A stretch of DNA of 64,000 nucleotides from Thermoplasmata archaeon (GTDB taxonomy: Archaea > Thermoplasmatota > Thermoplasmata > Lutacidiplasmatales > UBA184). Within the stretch, counting starts at the first letter, position 1. Every line of letters starts with the position of its first letter. The position numbers were made by a program, and so were the translations under genes. The stretch covers positions 2,224 to 66,223 of the forward strand of contig JAJZYH010000003.1 in assembly GCA_021798195.1 (NCBI GenBank). The letters are read 5' to 3'. Below are positions 18,422 to 27,800 of this stretch, one piece after another. The notes below the pieces were generated by a model, which saw nothing but the letters and a program-made list of their open reading frames with translations, ran no database searches and had not been told where the DNA came from.

Positions 18422-21400
18422 GTGGAGGAGTATTTCGCCCTCCTGGCCCGGGAGGCCGAGTCGGCCTACCAGGTGGCCCAGAGGGCACGCGCGGTGGGGA
18501 TCGACCCCGAACCCACGGTGGAGATCCCCCGCGCCGAGGACATGGCCTCCCGGGTGGAGAAGCTCCTGCGCCGCTGGAACGTGGAGGGGATCGCGCCCCG
18601 GATCCGGGAGCTGGCGCGGACCCTGCCCCGGGAGGAGGTGGCGCTCCGGCTCGCCGAGGAGATCGCCTCGGAGACGTCCCGGGGGAACCTCGAGACACGT
18701 CTCGACACCGCCCTGCGGGTGGGCCTTGCCATCCTCACCGAGGGGATCCTGGTGGCGCCCCTGGAGGGGCTCGCCGAGATCCACGTGCGGGACGACCCCC
18801 AGGGTCCCTACGTGGACCTCTTCTACGCCGGTCCCATCCGGGCGGCCGGGGGGACCGCGCAGGCCCTCTCGGTGCTCCTCGCGGACCGGGTCCGCCGGTC
18901 CCTGGGCCTCGCCGCGTTCCGGGCGACCCCCGAGGAGATCGGGCGGTACAAGGAGGAGATCCCCCTCTACAAGCATCTCCAGCACCTCCAGTACACGCCG
19001 TCCCCCGAGGAGATCGAGACGGTGGTCGCGAACCTCCCGGTGTGCGTGAACGGGGAGGCCACCGAGCGAAAGGAGGAGGTGAGCGCCTTCCGGGACCTGC
19101 CCCGGGTGGGGACCAACGGGATCCGGGGCGGGGCATGCCTCGTCCTCGCCGAGGGGATCTGCCTGAAGGCCCCCAAGCTCCGGAAGATCGTGGAGCGCCT
19201 GGGGATCCCGGGGTGGGAGTTCCTCGCCCACGTGGGGCAGAAGGGGACGCCGGAGAAGGAGGTGGAGGGGAACCTCCCCAAGTACCTCGCCGAGACGTTG
19301 GGAGGAAGGCCCATCCTCTCCTACCCCCGCCGTCCGGGCGGTTTCCGCCTGGTCTACGGCCGTAGCCGCACCACCGGCCTCGCGGCGGCGGGGGTGAACC
19401 CGGCCACCATGGTGGTCCTGCGCCACTTCGTGGCGGTGGGGACGCAGGTGAAGACGGAGTTCCCGGGGAAGGCGGCCGCGATGAGCCTCTGCGACACGGT
19501 GGAGGGTCCCCTCGTTCTCCTGGAGGACGGGTCCCTGGTGGAGGTGAACGATGTGGCGGAGGCGGAACGCCTCCTTCCGCGGATCCGGCAGATCGTGGAC
19601 CTGGGGGAGATCCTGTTCTCCTACGGGGAGTTCCTGGAGAACAATCGACCCCTCATGCCGGGCGGCTACAGCCTCGCCTGGCATCTCGAGACGCTCCGCG
19701 CCCGGGGGCTCCCCATCGACCGGCGCGCCCTCGCCCCCACCTTCGACGAGGCCGTCTCCGACGCCCGGGACCACGGGGTCCCGCTCCATCCCCGCTACAA
19801 CCTCTTCTGGCATGACCTCGCCCTGGAGGGCCTTGTCCCCCTCTCCCGGACCGTGGAGCGCACGGGCCGCTGGGAGAACTCCACGCTCCTCCTTCCCGCC
19901 TCCCCCGAGCTCAAGGCGGACCTCATCACCCTGGGGGTTCCCCACCAGGAGGAGGGAGGCACGTTCCGCTTGAGCCCCCGCCTCGCGCCGTCATTCCTCC
20001 GGGGCCTGGGCCTCGAGGTCTCGGAGGGAGCGGTCCGGCGGCGCACCGAACTCCCGGAGATCCTCCCCGGGGCGTTCTCCTCCACCCTGGAGGTGGTGGA
20101 GCACCTCGCGGGGATCCGCATCCGTCCCCGGGGGCCCACCCGGGTGGGCCTTCGGGTGGGCCGCCCGGAGAAGGCCCGGCAGCGGACCATGGACCCCAAC
20201 GTCCACGCGCTCTTCCCCGTGGGGGAGGCGGGGGGCCCCCAGAGGTCCCTCGTGAAGCTCCTGGGGTCCCGGGGCCGCTCGGGGGTCCCCCTCACCCTGG
20301 GGATCCGGAAATGCCCCAGCTGCGGCACCCACACCCCGTGGGGGCGCTGCCCGTGCGGGGCGCACACCGCCCCCACGGGGAAGACGGTGACCCAGGAGGT
20401 CCAGGTGGGCTCCCTCTTCGAGGCGTCGGTGAAGAGGCTGGGACTGCCCCACGTCCCCGGTGTGAAGGGGGTGAAATCCCTCATGTCCGAGTCCCGCACC
20501 CCCGAACCCCTGGAGAAGGGGATCCTCCGCGCCTTCCACGGCGTGAGCGTCTACCAGGACGGCACCGCGCGGTTCGATCTCTCCGACCTCCCCCTCACCC
20601 ACGTGCGCCCGCGGGAGATCGGCCTCTCCGTGGCCACGGCACGCTCCCTGGGGTACCAGCTCGACTGGATGGGAGACCCGCTGGAGAGCCCCGACCAGCT
20701 GGTGGAGCTCAGGCCCCACGACATCGTGGTCTCGCAGAGCTGCGGGGAATACCTGGTCCGCATCGCCCGCTTCGTGGACGACGAGCTGCGTCTCCTCTAC
20801 GACCTTCCGCCCTTCTACCGCGCCCGCACCCCACAGGAGCTCGTGGGGCAGCTGGTCATCGCGCTGGCCCCCCACACCTCGGGAGGGGTCTTGGGCCGCA
20901 TCCTCGGGTACACCTCGGTGGAAGGGTGCTTCGCCCATCCGGTCTTCCATGCCGCCAAGCGCCGGAACTGCGACGGGGACGAGGACTCCGTGACCCTCCT
21001 CCTCGACGGGCTCCTCAACTTCTCCTTCGCCTACCTTCCCACCACCCGGGGCGCCCTCATGGACAAGCCCCTCGTCCTCACCACCCGCCTCGACGCGCGG
21101 GAGGTGGACAAGGAGGCGCACAACGTGGACCTCTCCCTCCGCTATCCCCTCGCGCTCTACGAGGCGGCCGAGAGGGGAGCCTCCCCCAAGGAGGTGGAGG
21201 GGATCATGGACCTCCTGGGGAAGCGCCTGGGGACCCCCGGCCACGAATGGACGGGGTACGGCTTCACCCACGACACCACGGACATCGCCGGAGGGCCCGT
21301 CCGTTCCGCCTACCGGGAGGCCCGGGGCATGGAGGCGACGGTGGGGGACTCCCTGGCCCTGGAATCACAGATCCGGGCCGTGGACCTCCCCCACGCCGTC

Positions 21401-21802
21401 GCCCTGGTCCTGAACCACCACTTCCTCCCGGACCTCATGGGGAACCTCAAGAGCTACGCCACCCAGCGGTTCCGGTGCAAGGCGTGCAACGCCTCCTACC
21501 GTCGACCTCCCCTGGACCCGCACTGCACCGCGGAGGTCCGGGGCCAGCGGTGCGGCGGGGACCTCCTGCCCACGGTCTACCCGGGAGCCGTGACCAAGTA
21601 CCTGGGCCTTTCCCAGCGCCTGGCCAAGACCCATGACGTGTCGCATTACCTGCGCCAGCGCCTGGACCTCCTCGAGGGATCCCTCGCCACGCTCTTCCCG
21701 GTGGAGAAGGCCTCCACCGCGTCGCTGGAACGCTACGCGGACCCGGGGTCCCCGACGCCGGGGGAGGAGGAGCCACCTCCGGAAGCACCGGAAGACCAGT
21801 GA
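18422..21802 (+). CDS. polC: DNA polymerase D large subunit DP2
   Basis: ILTEGILVAPLEG, YAGPIRAAGGTAQAL, GGFRLVYGRSR, LAPHTSGG, HAAKRRNCDGDED, C-terminal Zn motif; no intein. Confidence 0.97.
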   Translation: MEEYFALLAREAESAYQVAQRARAVGIDPEPTVEIPRAEDMASRVEKLLRRWNVEGIAPRIRELARTLPREEVALRLAEEIASETSRGNLETRLDTALRVGLAILTEGILVAPLEGLAEIHVRDDPQGPYVDLFYAGPIRAAGGTAQALSVLLADRVRRSLGLAAFRATPEEIGRYKEEIPLYKHLQHLQYTPSPEEIETVVANLPVCVNGEATERKEEVSAFRDLPRVGTNGIRGGACLVLAEGICLKAPKLRKIVERLGIPGWEFLAHVGQKGTPEKEVEGNLPKYLAETLGGRPILSYPRRPGGFRLVYGRSRTTGLAAAGVNPATMVVLRHFVAVGTQVKTEFPGKAAAMSLCDTVEGPLVLLEDGSLVEVNDVAEAERLLPRIRQIVDLGEILFSYGEFLENNRPLMPGGYSLAWHLETLRARGLPIDRRALAPTFDEAVSDARDHGVPLHPRYNLFWHDLALEGLVPLSRTVERTGRWENSTLLLPASPELKADLITLGVPHQEEGGTFRLSPRLAPSFLRGLGLEVSEGAVRRRTELPEILPGAFSSTLEVVEHLAGIRIRPRGPTRVGLRVGRPEKARQRTMDPNVHALFPVGEAGGPQRSLVKLLGSRGRSGVPLTLGIRKCPSCGTHTPWGRCPCGAHTAPTGKTVTQEVQVGSLFEASVKRLGLPHVPGVKGVKSLMSESRTPEPLEKGILRAFHGVSVYQDGTARFDLSDLPLTHVRPREIGLSVATARSLGYQLDWMGDPLESPDQLVELRPHDIVVSQSCGEYLVRIARFVDDELRLLYDLPPFYRARTPQELVGQLVIALAPHTSGGVLGRILGYTSVEGCFAHPVFHAAKRRNCDGDEDSVTLLLDGLLNFSFAYLPTTRGALMDKPLVLTTRLDAREVDKEAHNVDLSLRYPLALYEAAERGASPKEVEGIMDLLGKRLGTPGHEWTGYGFTHDTTDIAGGPVRSAYREARGMEATVGDSLALESQIRAVDLPHAVALVLNHHFLPDLMGNLKSYATQRFRCKACNASYRRPPLDPHCTAEVRGQRCGGDLLPTVYPGAVTKYLGLSQRLAKTHDVSHYLRQRLDLLEGSLATLFPVEKASTASLERYADPGSPTPGEEEPPPEAPEDQ

Positions 21803-21835
21803 GCGGAACGCTGCGGCCTGGGACCTCCCCATCGC

Positions 21836-21841
21836 TTTAAT
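21836..21841 (+). promoter_or_regulatory. TATA box of tRNA-Arg
   Basis: TTTAAT 23-28 nt upstream of the tRNA 5' end. Confidence 0.55.
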
Positions 21842-21863
21842 CCCGCCCCGCGCTCCCCCGGCC

Positions 21864-21973
21864 GGGCTCGTGGGGTAGTTTGGACTATCCTGATGGCCTT
21901 CGGAGCCATCGACCCGGGTTCGAAGCTCAGCGCCCCCCGAGGGGACGTTGCGGCGAAACTCCCGGCGAGCCCG
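21864..21973 (+). tRNA. tRNA-Arg(TCG) with 35-nt intron at position 59/60 (21925-21959)
   Basis: Acceptor GGGCTCG/CGAGCCC+G, anticodon arm ATGGC-CTTCGGA-GCCAT, T-stem CCGGG/CCCGG; BHB TTCG/CGAA with bulges AAG and ACT; spliced T-loop TTCGAAT. Confidence 0.9.
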
Positions 21974-22065
21974 TCCCTGTCCTCCGGGGAGATGGAGGAC
22001 GAGGGGACGCCGGGGGGGATCCGGACGTCGGGCCTTCCCACGCCGTCCCGTTCCTTTCGGGTCCC

Positions 22066-23607
22066 TCAGCCCCCGGCCTCTTTCCGGAGGGTACAGATGG
22101 ACTCCCGGAGCCGGAACGTCCGCCGCTGACCGGAGCGGCGGGAGCGCGCCGGCTCGAACCGCACCACCCGGAACCCCCGGAGACGGGCGAGTCGGGCCAA
22201 CAGGAGGTCGCTGGGAATGTAGACCCCGGCCATGAGGGAGTCTCCGTTCACCACCACGAAATGGCCCCCGGGCCGGAGCGCCTCATGGACCCGCCCCAGC
22301 ACCGCGTACATGTCGTCGAAGTACCGGCGGACCAGCTCCGCCATGTCCCTCCTCCGGTAGCCTTCCTTCCCCCGGAGGCTCTCCCGGAGCGCCGCGACCA
22401 CGTCCCGGATCCATGGTTCCTCCGCCACGTCGGGGGCGGGACGGTGCTCCGCCACCGCCCGGCGGGAGACGTTGTCACAGGTCACCATGGATTCCTTGAG
22501 GCGGGAGAGCTCCTCGTAGGAACGGGTCATGTCGAGCCAGGTGAGCTCCAGCTTGTAGTTCATCACGTAATCCATCCCGTTCACGTACGGGGGGCTCGTG
22601 ATGGCGAGGTCCATGCTCCCCGCGGGGACCTTGACCTCCCGGGCATCCTCCGCCCAGAGGACGGGAGGCGGTCCCCACCGCTCCCGGAAGGAGGCGAGCC
22701 ATCGGAGGTCCTCCTGGATCCGACCCACGGCCCCCAGGAACTCCTGGAACGGCCGTCCCCCCGGCACCGGAGGCTTCCGGGCGTACCCCAGGCACGGGGC
22801 CCGCTTGAGCTGGCTCGAGGGGACGAGGATCGACGCGAAGGCCACGGTGAGCAGGTCCCGGAGGGGCCCCTCCGGGACCTCCCAGAGCTGCGCCTTCAGC
22901 CGCCGGAGGGAGTCCAGCGCCTCCCGGGAGAACTGGTCATGGAGACGGGAGAGGAACGGGGCAGGGGCGAGGGGTCCCTCCCGGGCAAGCCGCACCACGT
23001 CGCGCGCCCAGCGCCCCAGGTCCTCCGGGGATGCCTCCCAGTGGCTCTTCGCCCGGACGGCGAGGGCGGCGATGGGCATCCGCTCCACGCCAAATGCGGC
23101 ACACCCGCGCAACCGGGCCTGGACAAGGACCGTGCCGCTCCCGCAGAACGGGTCCAGGACCCGCGTCCCGGGTCCGGCCCCGAACCGCTCCAGGACCCGG
23201 TCCACGAACCCGGCGGAGAACCCCTGCACGTAGGGCCACCATCGGTGGACGGGGCGTTCCTCGTTCCCCCGGAACTGGATGTCCCCCACATACGGTTCCG
23301 GGAGAAGGGAGCATTCCCGGGAGAAGCGAGAAACGTAGTCGTCCGGCCCGGGGATGCCGGTGCGGGCGGAGGGGTCCTCGGCGTACTTCCCCAGGACCCA
23401 GAGGCCCCGACCCATCCGGCGGAGCGGGGCCCGGAGGGAGAGCTGGGAGAGACCCTCCGGCACCGTCGCCGGCGGGAGGCCCGTCTTCGCGGCGAGCTGC
23501 CTCTCCGTGAGCCCCATCCATCCCGCCGCTTCCAGGGCGGCCTTGAGCCTCTCCACGGGGGCGGGATCCCCCCCCGCCGCCGCTTCCCCGGCGCCGAACC
23601 CGGTCAC
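22066..23607 (-). CDS. DNA methyltransferase (alpha motif order, likely m4C) with N-terminal wHTH
   Basis: VHRWWPYVQGFS, LDPFCGSGT precedes ITSPPYVN; N-terminal LTERQLAAKTGLP helix-turn-helix. Confidence 0.85.
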   Translation of the reverse strand: MTGFGAGEAAAGGDPAPVERLKAALEAAGWMGLTERQLAAKTGLPPATVPEGLSQLSLRAPLRRMGRGLWVLGKYAEDPSARTGIPGPDDYVSRFSRECSLLPEPYVGDIQFRGNEERPVHRWWPYVQGFSAGFVDRVLERFGAGPGTRVLDPFCGSGTVLVQARLRGCAAFGVERMPIAALAVRAKSHWEASPEDLGRWARDVVRLAREGPLAPAPFLSRLHDQFSREALDSLRRLKAQLWEVPEGPLRDLLTVAFASILVPSSQLKRAPCLGYARKPPVPGGRPFQEFLGAVGRIQEDLRWLASFRERWGPPPVLWAEDAREVKVPAGSMDLAITSPPYVNGMDYVMNYKLELTWLDMTRSYEELSRLKESMVTCDNVSRRAVAEHRPAPDVAEEPWIRDVVAALRESLRGKEGYRRRDMAELVRRYFDDMYAVLGRVHEALRPGGHFVVVNGDSLMAGVYIPSDLLLARLARLRGFRVVRFEPARSRRSGQRRTFRLRESICTLRKEAGG

Positions 23608-23634
23608 GTCCGTCCCCCGGGGGACCTCCCTCCG

Positions 23635-23931
23635 CTATCCGAAGTACACCTGGGCCGCCTCGGGGATGCGCTTCTCCTCCTCCGGCTTCGCGTGGTTCAG
23701 GATCTCCAGGGAGAGGACCACGGAGCAGGGGATGAGCCGGATCCGTCCGGCGCCGTCCTTCTCCTTCCCTTCGGTCATCTCCACCGAGAGCGCCTGGTCC
23801 CCACCCAGGTTCACGTACCCCCGGAAGATCCCGGTGGTCACAAGGGGTTCCTCGGATCGGTCGGCGGATCGGATGGTCAGGGTGGAACCGGCGGTCAGGG
23901 TCACCAGGGGCCGCTTTTTGTCGTCGGGCAT
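23635..23931 (-). CDS. Small beta-rich hypothetical protein (possible Sm/SH3-like fold)
   Basis: TGIFRGYV..ALSVEM..IRLIP..VLSLEIL; co-oriented between two genes. Confidence 0.6.
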   Translation of the reverse strand: MPDDKKRPLVTLTAGSTLTIRSADRSEEPLVTTGIFRGYVNLGGDQALSVEMTEGKEKDGAGRIRLIPCSVVLSLEILNHAKPEEEKRIPEAAQVYFG

Positions 23932-24016
23932 CGAAGGAGCATCCAGCGGTCCCGGGTCTTGAGAGTTCCGGGCCGTTCCCAGGTGGGAGGCCCGCGGCGT
24001 CCGGACCCCCCCACCC

Positions 24017-24508
24017 TCACGAGGACGGCTTCCCTTTCGAAGGGGAGGAGGGGACCGCGGGTTTCCTCTCGGCCTCGAGAAGCCTCCCCAGGTGGTCCAC
24101 CGTCTCCCGGTAGTGCTTGAGAGCGTTCTGGGCGTTGGCCTCCACGAAGTCCCAGGCCCGTCCCAGGTTCCCGTAGCGCAGACGGAATCCCTTGCGGCCC
24201 TTGCCGCCTTCCTGCGCCTCCGCCACCTCCTCGAGGAGGTCCAGGGCCTTGAGGCGGTTCAGGTGGCGGTAGACCGTGGGCTTGCTGGTCTTGAGGACCG
24301 CCGTGAGCTCCTCGGGGTACCATAGCCGGTCGGGGTGCCGGAGCAGGCAGTCCCGCATCAGGCGGTACGCCACCGAGCCGTCGGTGGCCTCCGGGTCGGC
24401 CCCTTCGGAGAGGTACCCGATCTGGGAGAGGAACTCCCGGAGCACCTCGTCCACGTCGGTGAGGGGCGTGAGGGGGATGCTGTAGCGAACGGTGAGCTCG
24501 AAGGGCAT
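24017..24508 (-). CDS. HTH transcriptional regulator
   Basis: EELTAVLKTSKPTVYRHLNRLKALDLLE. Confidence 0.8.
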   Translation of the reverse strand: MPFELTVRYSIPLTPLTDVDEVLREFLSQIGYLSEGADPEATDGSVAYRLMRDCLLRHPDRLWYPEELTAVLKTSKPTVYRHLNRLKALDLLEEVAEAQEGGKGRKGFRLRYGNLGRAWDFVEANAQNALKHYRETVDHLGRLLEAERKPAVPSSPSKGKPSS

Positions 24509-24828
24509 GGACGCCGCCGCGAGCCGTCGGGGGGTCTTGAACCCTTTGCGACCTCGGAGAGGGAACGTTCGCCCTGCGGGACGGAGACCGTTCCTCCGGG
24601 CCATGGATCGCTCCGTCGGGTGCCCACCGATAGGTCCACTTCCACATCCGGTCCCCCCGGCCCATCTCCCCCCCCGTGTCCGTTCCACAGCCAGACCTCT
24701 CACCGTTTGGGGAGACACAAGGGATCCCGCCCGAAGGTGCGCGAAGGAGATCTCGGAACGGAGGTTCCCGGGACGATCCGCCACTTCCGATTCATTTATC
24801 GCATAACGTTTCCCTAACCTTCCCGCGC

Positions 24829-27800
24829 ATGGACCCCCCCAGGAGCGTTCCCTTCCGGCATGTCCTCCGGTCCCGTCGGCGCCCACCGGTCCGAGCCGGT
24901 CTTGTCCTCGTCCTGGGGATCGCCATGGCGTTCACCGCCATCCCCCCGTGGGGCATCCCTTCCGGCCCATTCCCCGGTAGACTGACCCCGATCTCCATCC
25001 GGGATGGAGGAACGTCCCCCGCGGGGACCGCTTCCTTCAACCTCACCGGCTTCGTCCTGGGCCGGGCCGCCTCGGGCGAGGCCCCTCTGGGGAACGTCCC
25101 CGTCCGCCTGTGGGCCCAGGGGAACGGGCCCTTCAACGCCCCGCTGGTGGACGAGACCACGACCGCGTCCAACGGGAGCTACGGGTTCCCGTCGGTGCCG
25201 GCCGGCAACTACTGGGTCGCCGCGGTACCGGCGAACGGCTTCGGGGGCGAGGGACTCCCCGTCTCCGATTCCACGAACGGCGTGACCCTCCACCTCAACG
25301 TGACCGTGTTCCCCCAGATCCCCTACGACAACCGGACCTTCGTGCTCCCCCACTGGGACAACTGGAGCCAGTACGACGGCGGCTACCCGGACCAGGCGAT
25401 GAAACCGGTGCTCTCCTGGACCCAGGATGGCGCCTTCTACGTCAATGCCTCGAGCCTCCTGGTCTTCTATTCCTTCGCCAACGGGACCGCCTATCCCATC
25501 GCCCCCTGGCTCCATCTCTACGAGAACATCATGGACTACGGAGGCTTCGACAACGAGCTCTTCACCACCCAGGACGGGTCCTACCTCTACGAGTTCGGAT
25601 GCCTCACGAGCTGTGGGTCCTCGTCGACCATCACCTTCTACGCGGTGAACGTGACCACCGGGGCCCACGTGGAGTACAACTTCTCCGGGGTGACCGACGC
25701 CAATCTCGTCACCAATGGCCAGATCGACATGATCGGGCAGGACGGTTCCCACTTCATCGCCACACTCATCGAGTCCGACGGGACGGTCCTGGGCTACAAC
25801 CTCCTCAACCGGACGCAGTGGACCCTGGGCCACCTGTCGTTCTTCGAGGCGAACAACATCTACTGGGAGGCGTACCTCAACGCCTACGTCGACGTGCAGG
25901 CGGAGGGGAGCAGCGCCGACGGCATCGTGGAGTACCAGCTCCAGGGACCGGCGCCGGGAACGCGGCTCGTCCCCGTGTACACCGGGACCTACGGGAGCGG
26001 CTACGTGTCCAACGGGGTGGACGGGACCCTCCTCAACGTCACCAGCCATACCCTCGTGGTGGCGGAGGCATCCAACAACCCCAACATCGCCGCCATCCTC
26101 TGGGAGGAGTTTGGCTACAATGCCTCCACGGGGATCCTCACGGGGATGATCGCCTCCAACGACAACCCCTCGGGGACGGTCTCGGGCTCGAACTATGACA
26201 TCAACGGCGCCCCCTGCGGATGCGCCAGCGAGGTGGAGCGGCCCACCATCGTGAGCGATGGGCCAGGGTTCAACGTCGCCTGGAACCCCACCTTCAACAA
26301 CAGCTCCTGGATCGCGAACCCGGGGGGGCAGGGCTGGATCGACACCAACGTCACCCCCATCAATCCCGTGAGCGCGCAGCACTTCGATGCGTTCTCCACG
26401 CGCAGCGCCCCCGGCTTCTTCCGGAACACGTCGTACCTCCTCTCCAACATGAACGCGTTCTGCGCAGGGAACTCGGGGAACGGGACCCGGTGCAACATCG
26501 ACGGGGATTACGGATCCCCGGTGGGAACGGTCTGGTACCTCTGGAGGACCGGTGCTCCCGAGTTCCCCTTCCCCGCCACTTCGGCTCTCGCCCAGGTAGG
26601 GGCGCCGGGAGCGCCCCTCCTCCGGAGCGTGACGCACCAGGCGACCAACGTGACCGTGGCGTGGATGCCTCCCAGCTCCGGGGCCCAGCCCATCGTGAAC
26701 TGGACCCTCTTCTGGGGCCTTCACAACGGGTCCTGGACGCACGCCCGGGCCCTCTTCGGATCCAACCGGACCACCACGGTGACGGACCTCCTCCCCCAGA
26801 CCACCTATTTCTTCGCCCTCGAAGCGTGGAACCTCCACTGGCACGGACCGCTCGCGTACTTCCAGGAGACCACCGGAGCGGCGGCGGGAACGTACAACGT
26901 GACCCTCGCGGAGACCGGTCTTCCCCCGGGGACTCCCTGGACCGCCACGTTGGGAGGCTCTTCCAACTCCTCCTCCACCCCCGAGATCGGGTTTGCGGTC
27001 CCCAACGGGACCTACCCGTTCCAGGTGGATTCCCCGGTCCCGGGCCCGTGGGGGACCCGGTACATCGCCATCCCTTCCTCGGGGAACGTGACGGTGGCCG
27101 GCGGACCCCGGACCGTGAACATCTCCTTTGCGCTCCAGTATCACCTCGGGACGTCCGTGTTCCCCTCCGGCGCCGGGAACGTCGCACCCGCACCCGGATG
27201 GTACGCCGCCGGGGCCCGGGTGAACCTCACGGCGTGGGGGGCCCGTGGCTCCGCGTTCTCCTTCTGGTCCGGCACGGGGACCGGCAACTATTCGGGCCCC
27301 GACGACCCGGCCTTCGTGACCATGGAGGCGCCCGTGAACGAGTCGGCCTATTTCACCCCGGAGACAAACTATCCCCTCTCGTTCGTCTGGACCAACCCTT
27401 CCCCGGGGATCACCTGGTCCGTGGACGTGGGGGGCATCTCCATCTCCTCCACCGCCTCCACGATCACGTTCAACGAGACCAACGGGACCTATCCCTACCT
27501 TGTGGCGAGCCCCCTATCGGTGGCGCCCGGCGCCCGGGTGGTCCTCACCCCCGATTCGGGCACGGTCTCCATCTCGGCGAGCCCCGCCACGGTCTCCGTC
27601 GCCGGACAGACCCAGTACTCCGAGGGGATCTCCGGCACACCCGCCGCGGATGGGCTCGTCTATCCGGCGAGCGGGTGGTACGACGCGGGGGGCTCGCTCA
27701 CCCTGCTGGCGTACCCGGATCCCGGGTTCCGGTTCCTGGGATGGACGGGATTGGGAACCGGATCCTACAGCGGGCCCGAGGATCCCCTTCCCCTTTCCAC

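Noticed and set aside
18422-21802. Intein in PolD DP2 (and in NrdJ)
   Set aside because: Normal lengths, catalytic motifs contiguous, no C...HN signature
21960-24508. Integrated element at tRNA-Arg
   Set aside because: No integrase and no duplicated tRNA 3' end seen; neighbouring genes have host-like codon usage
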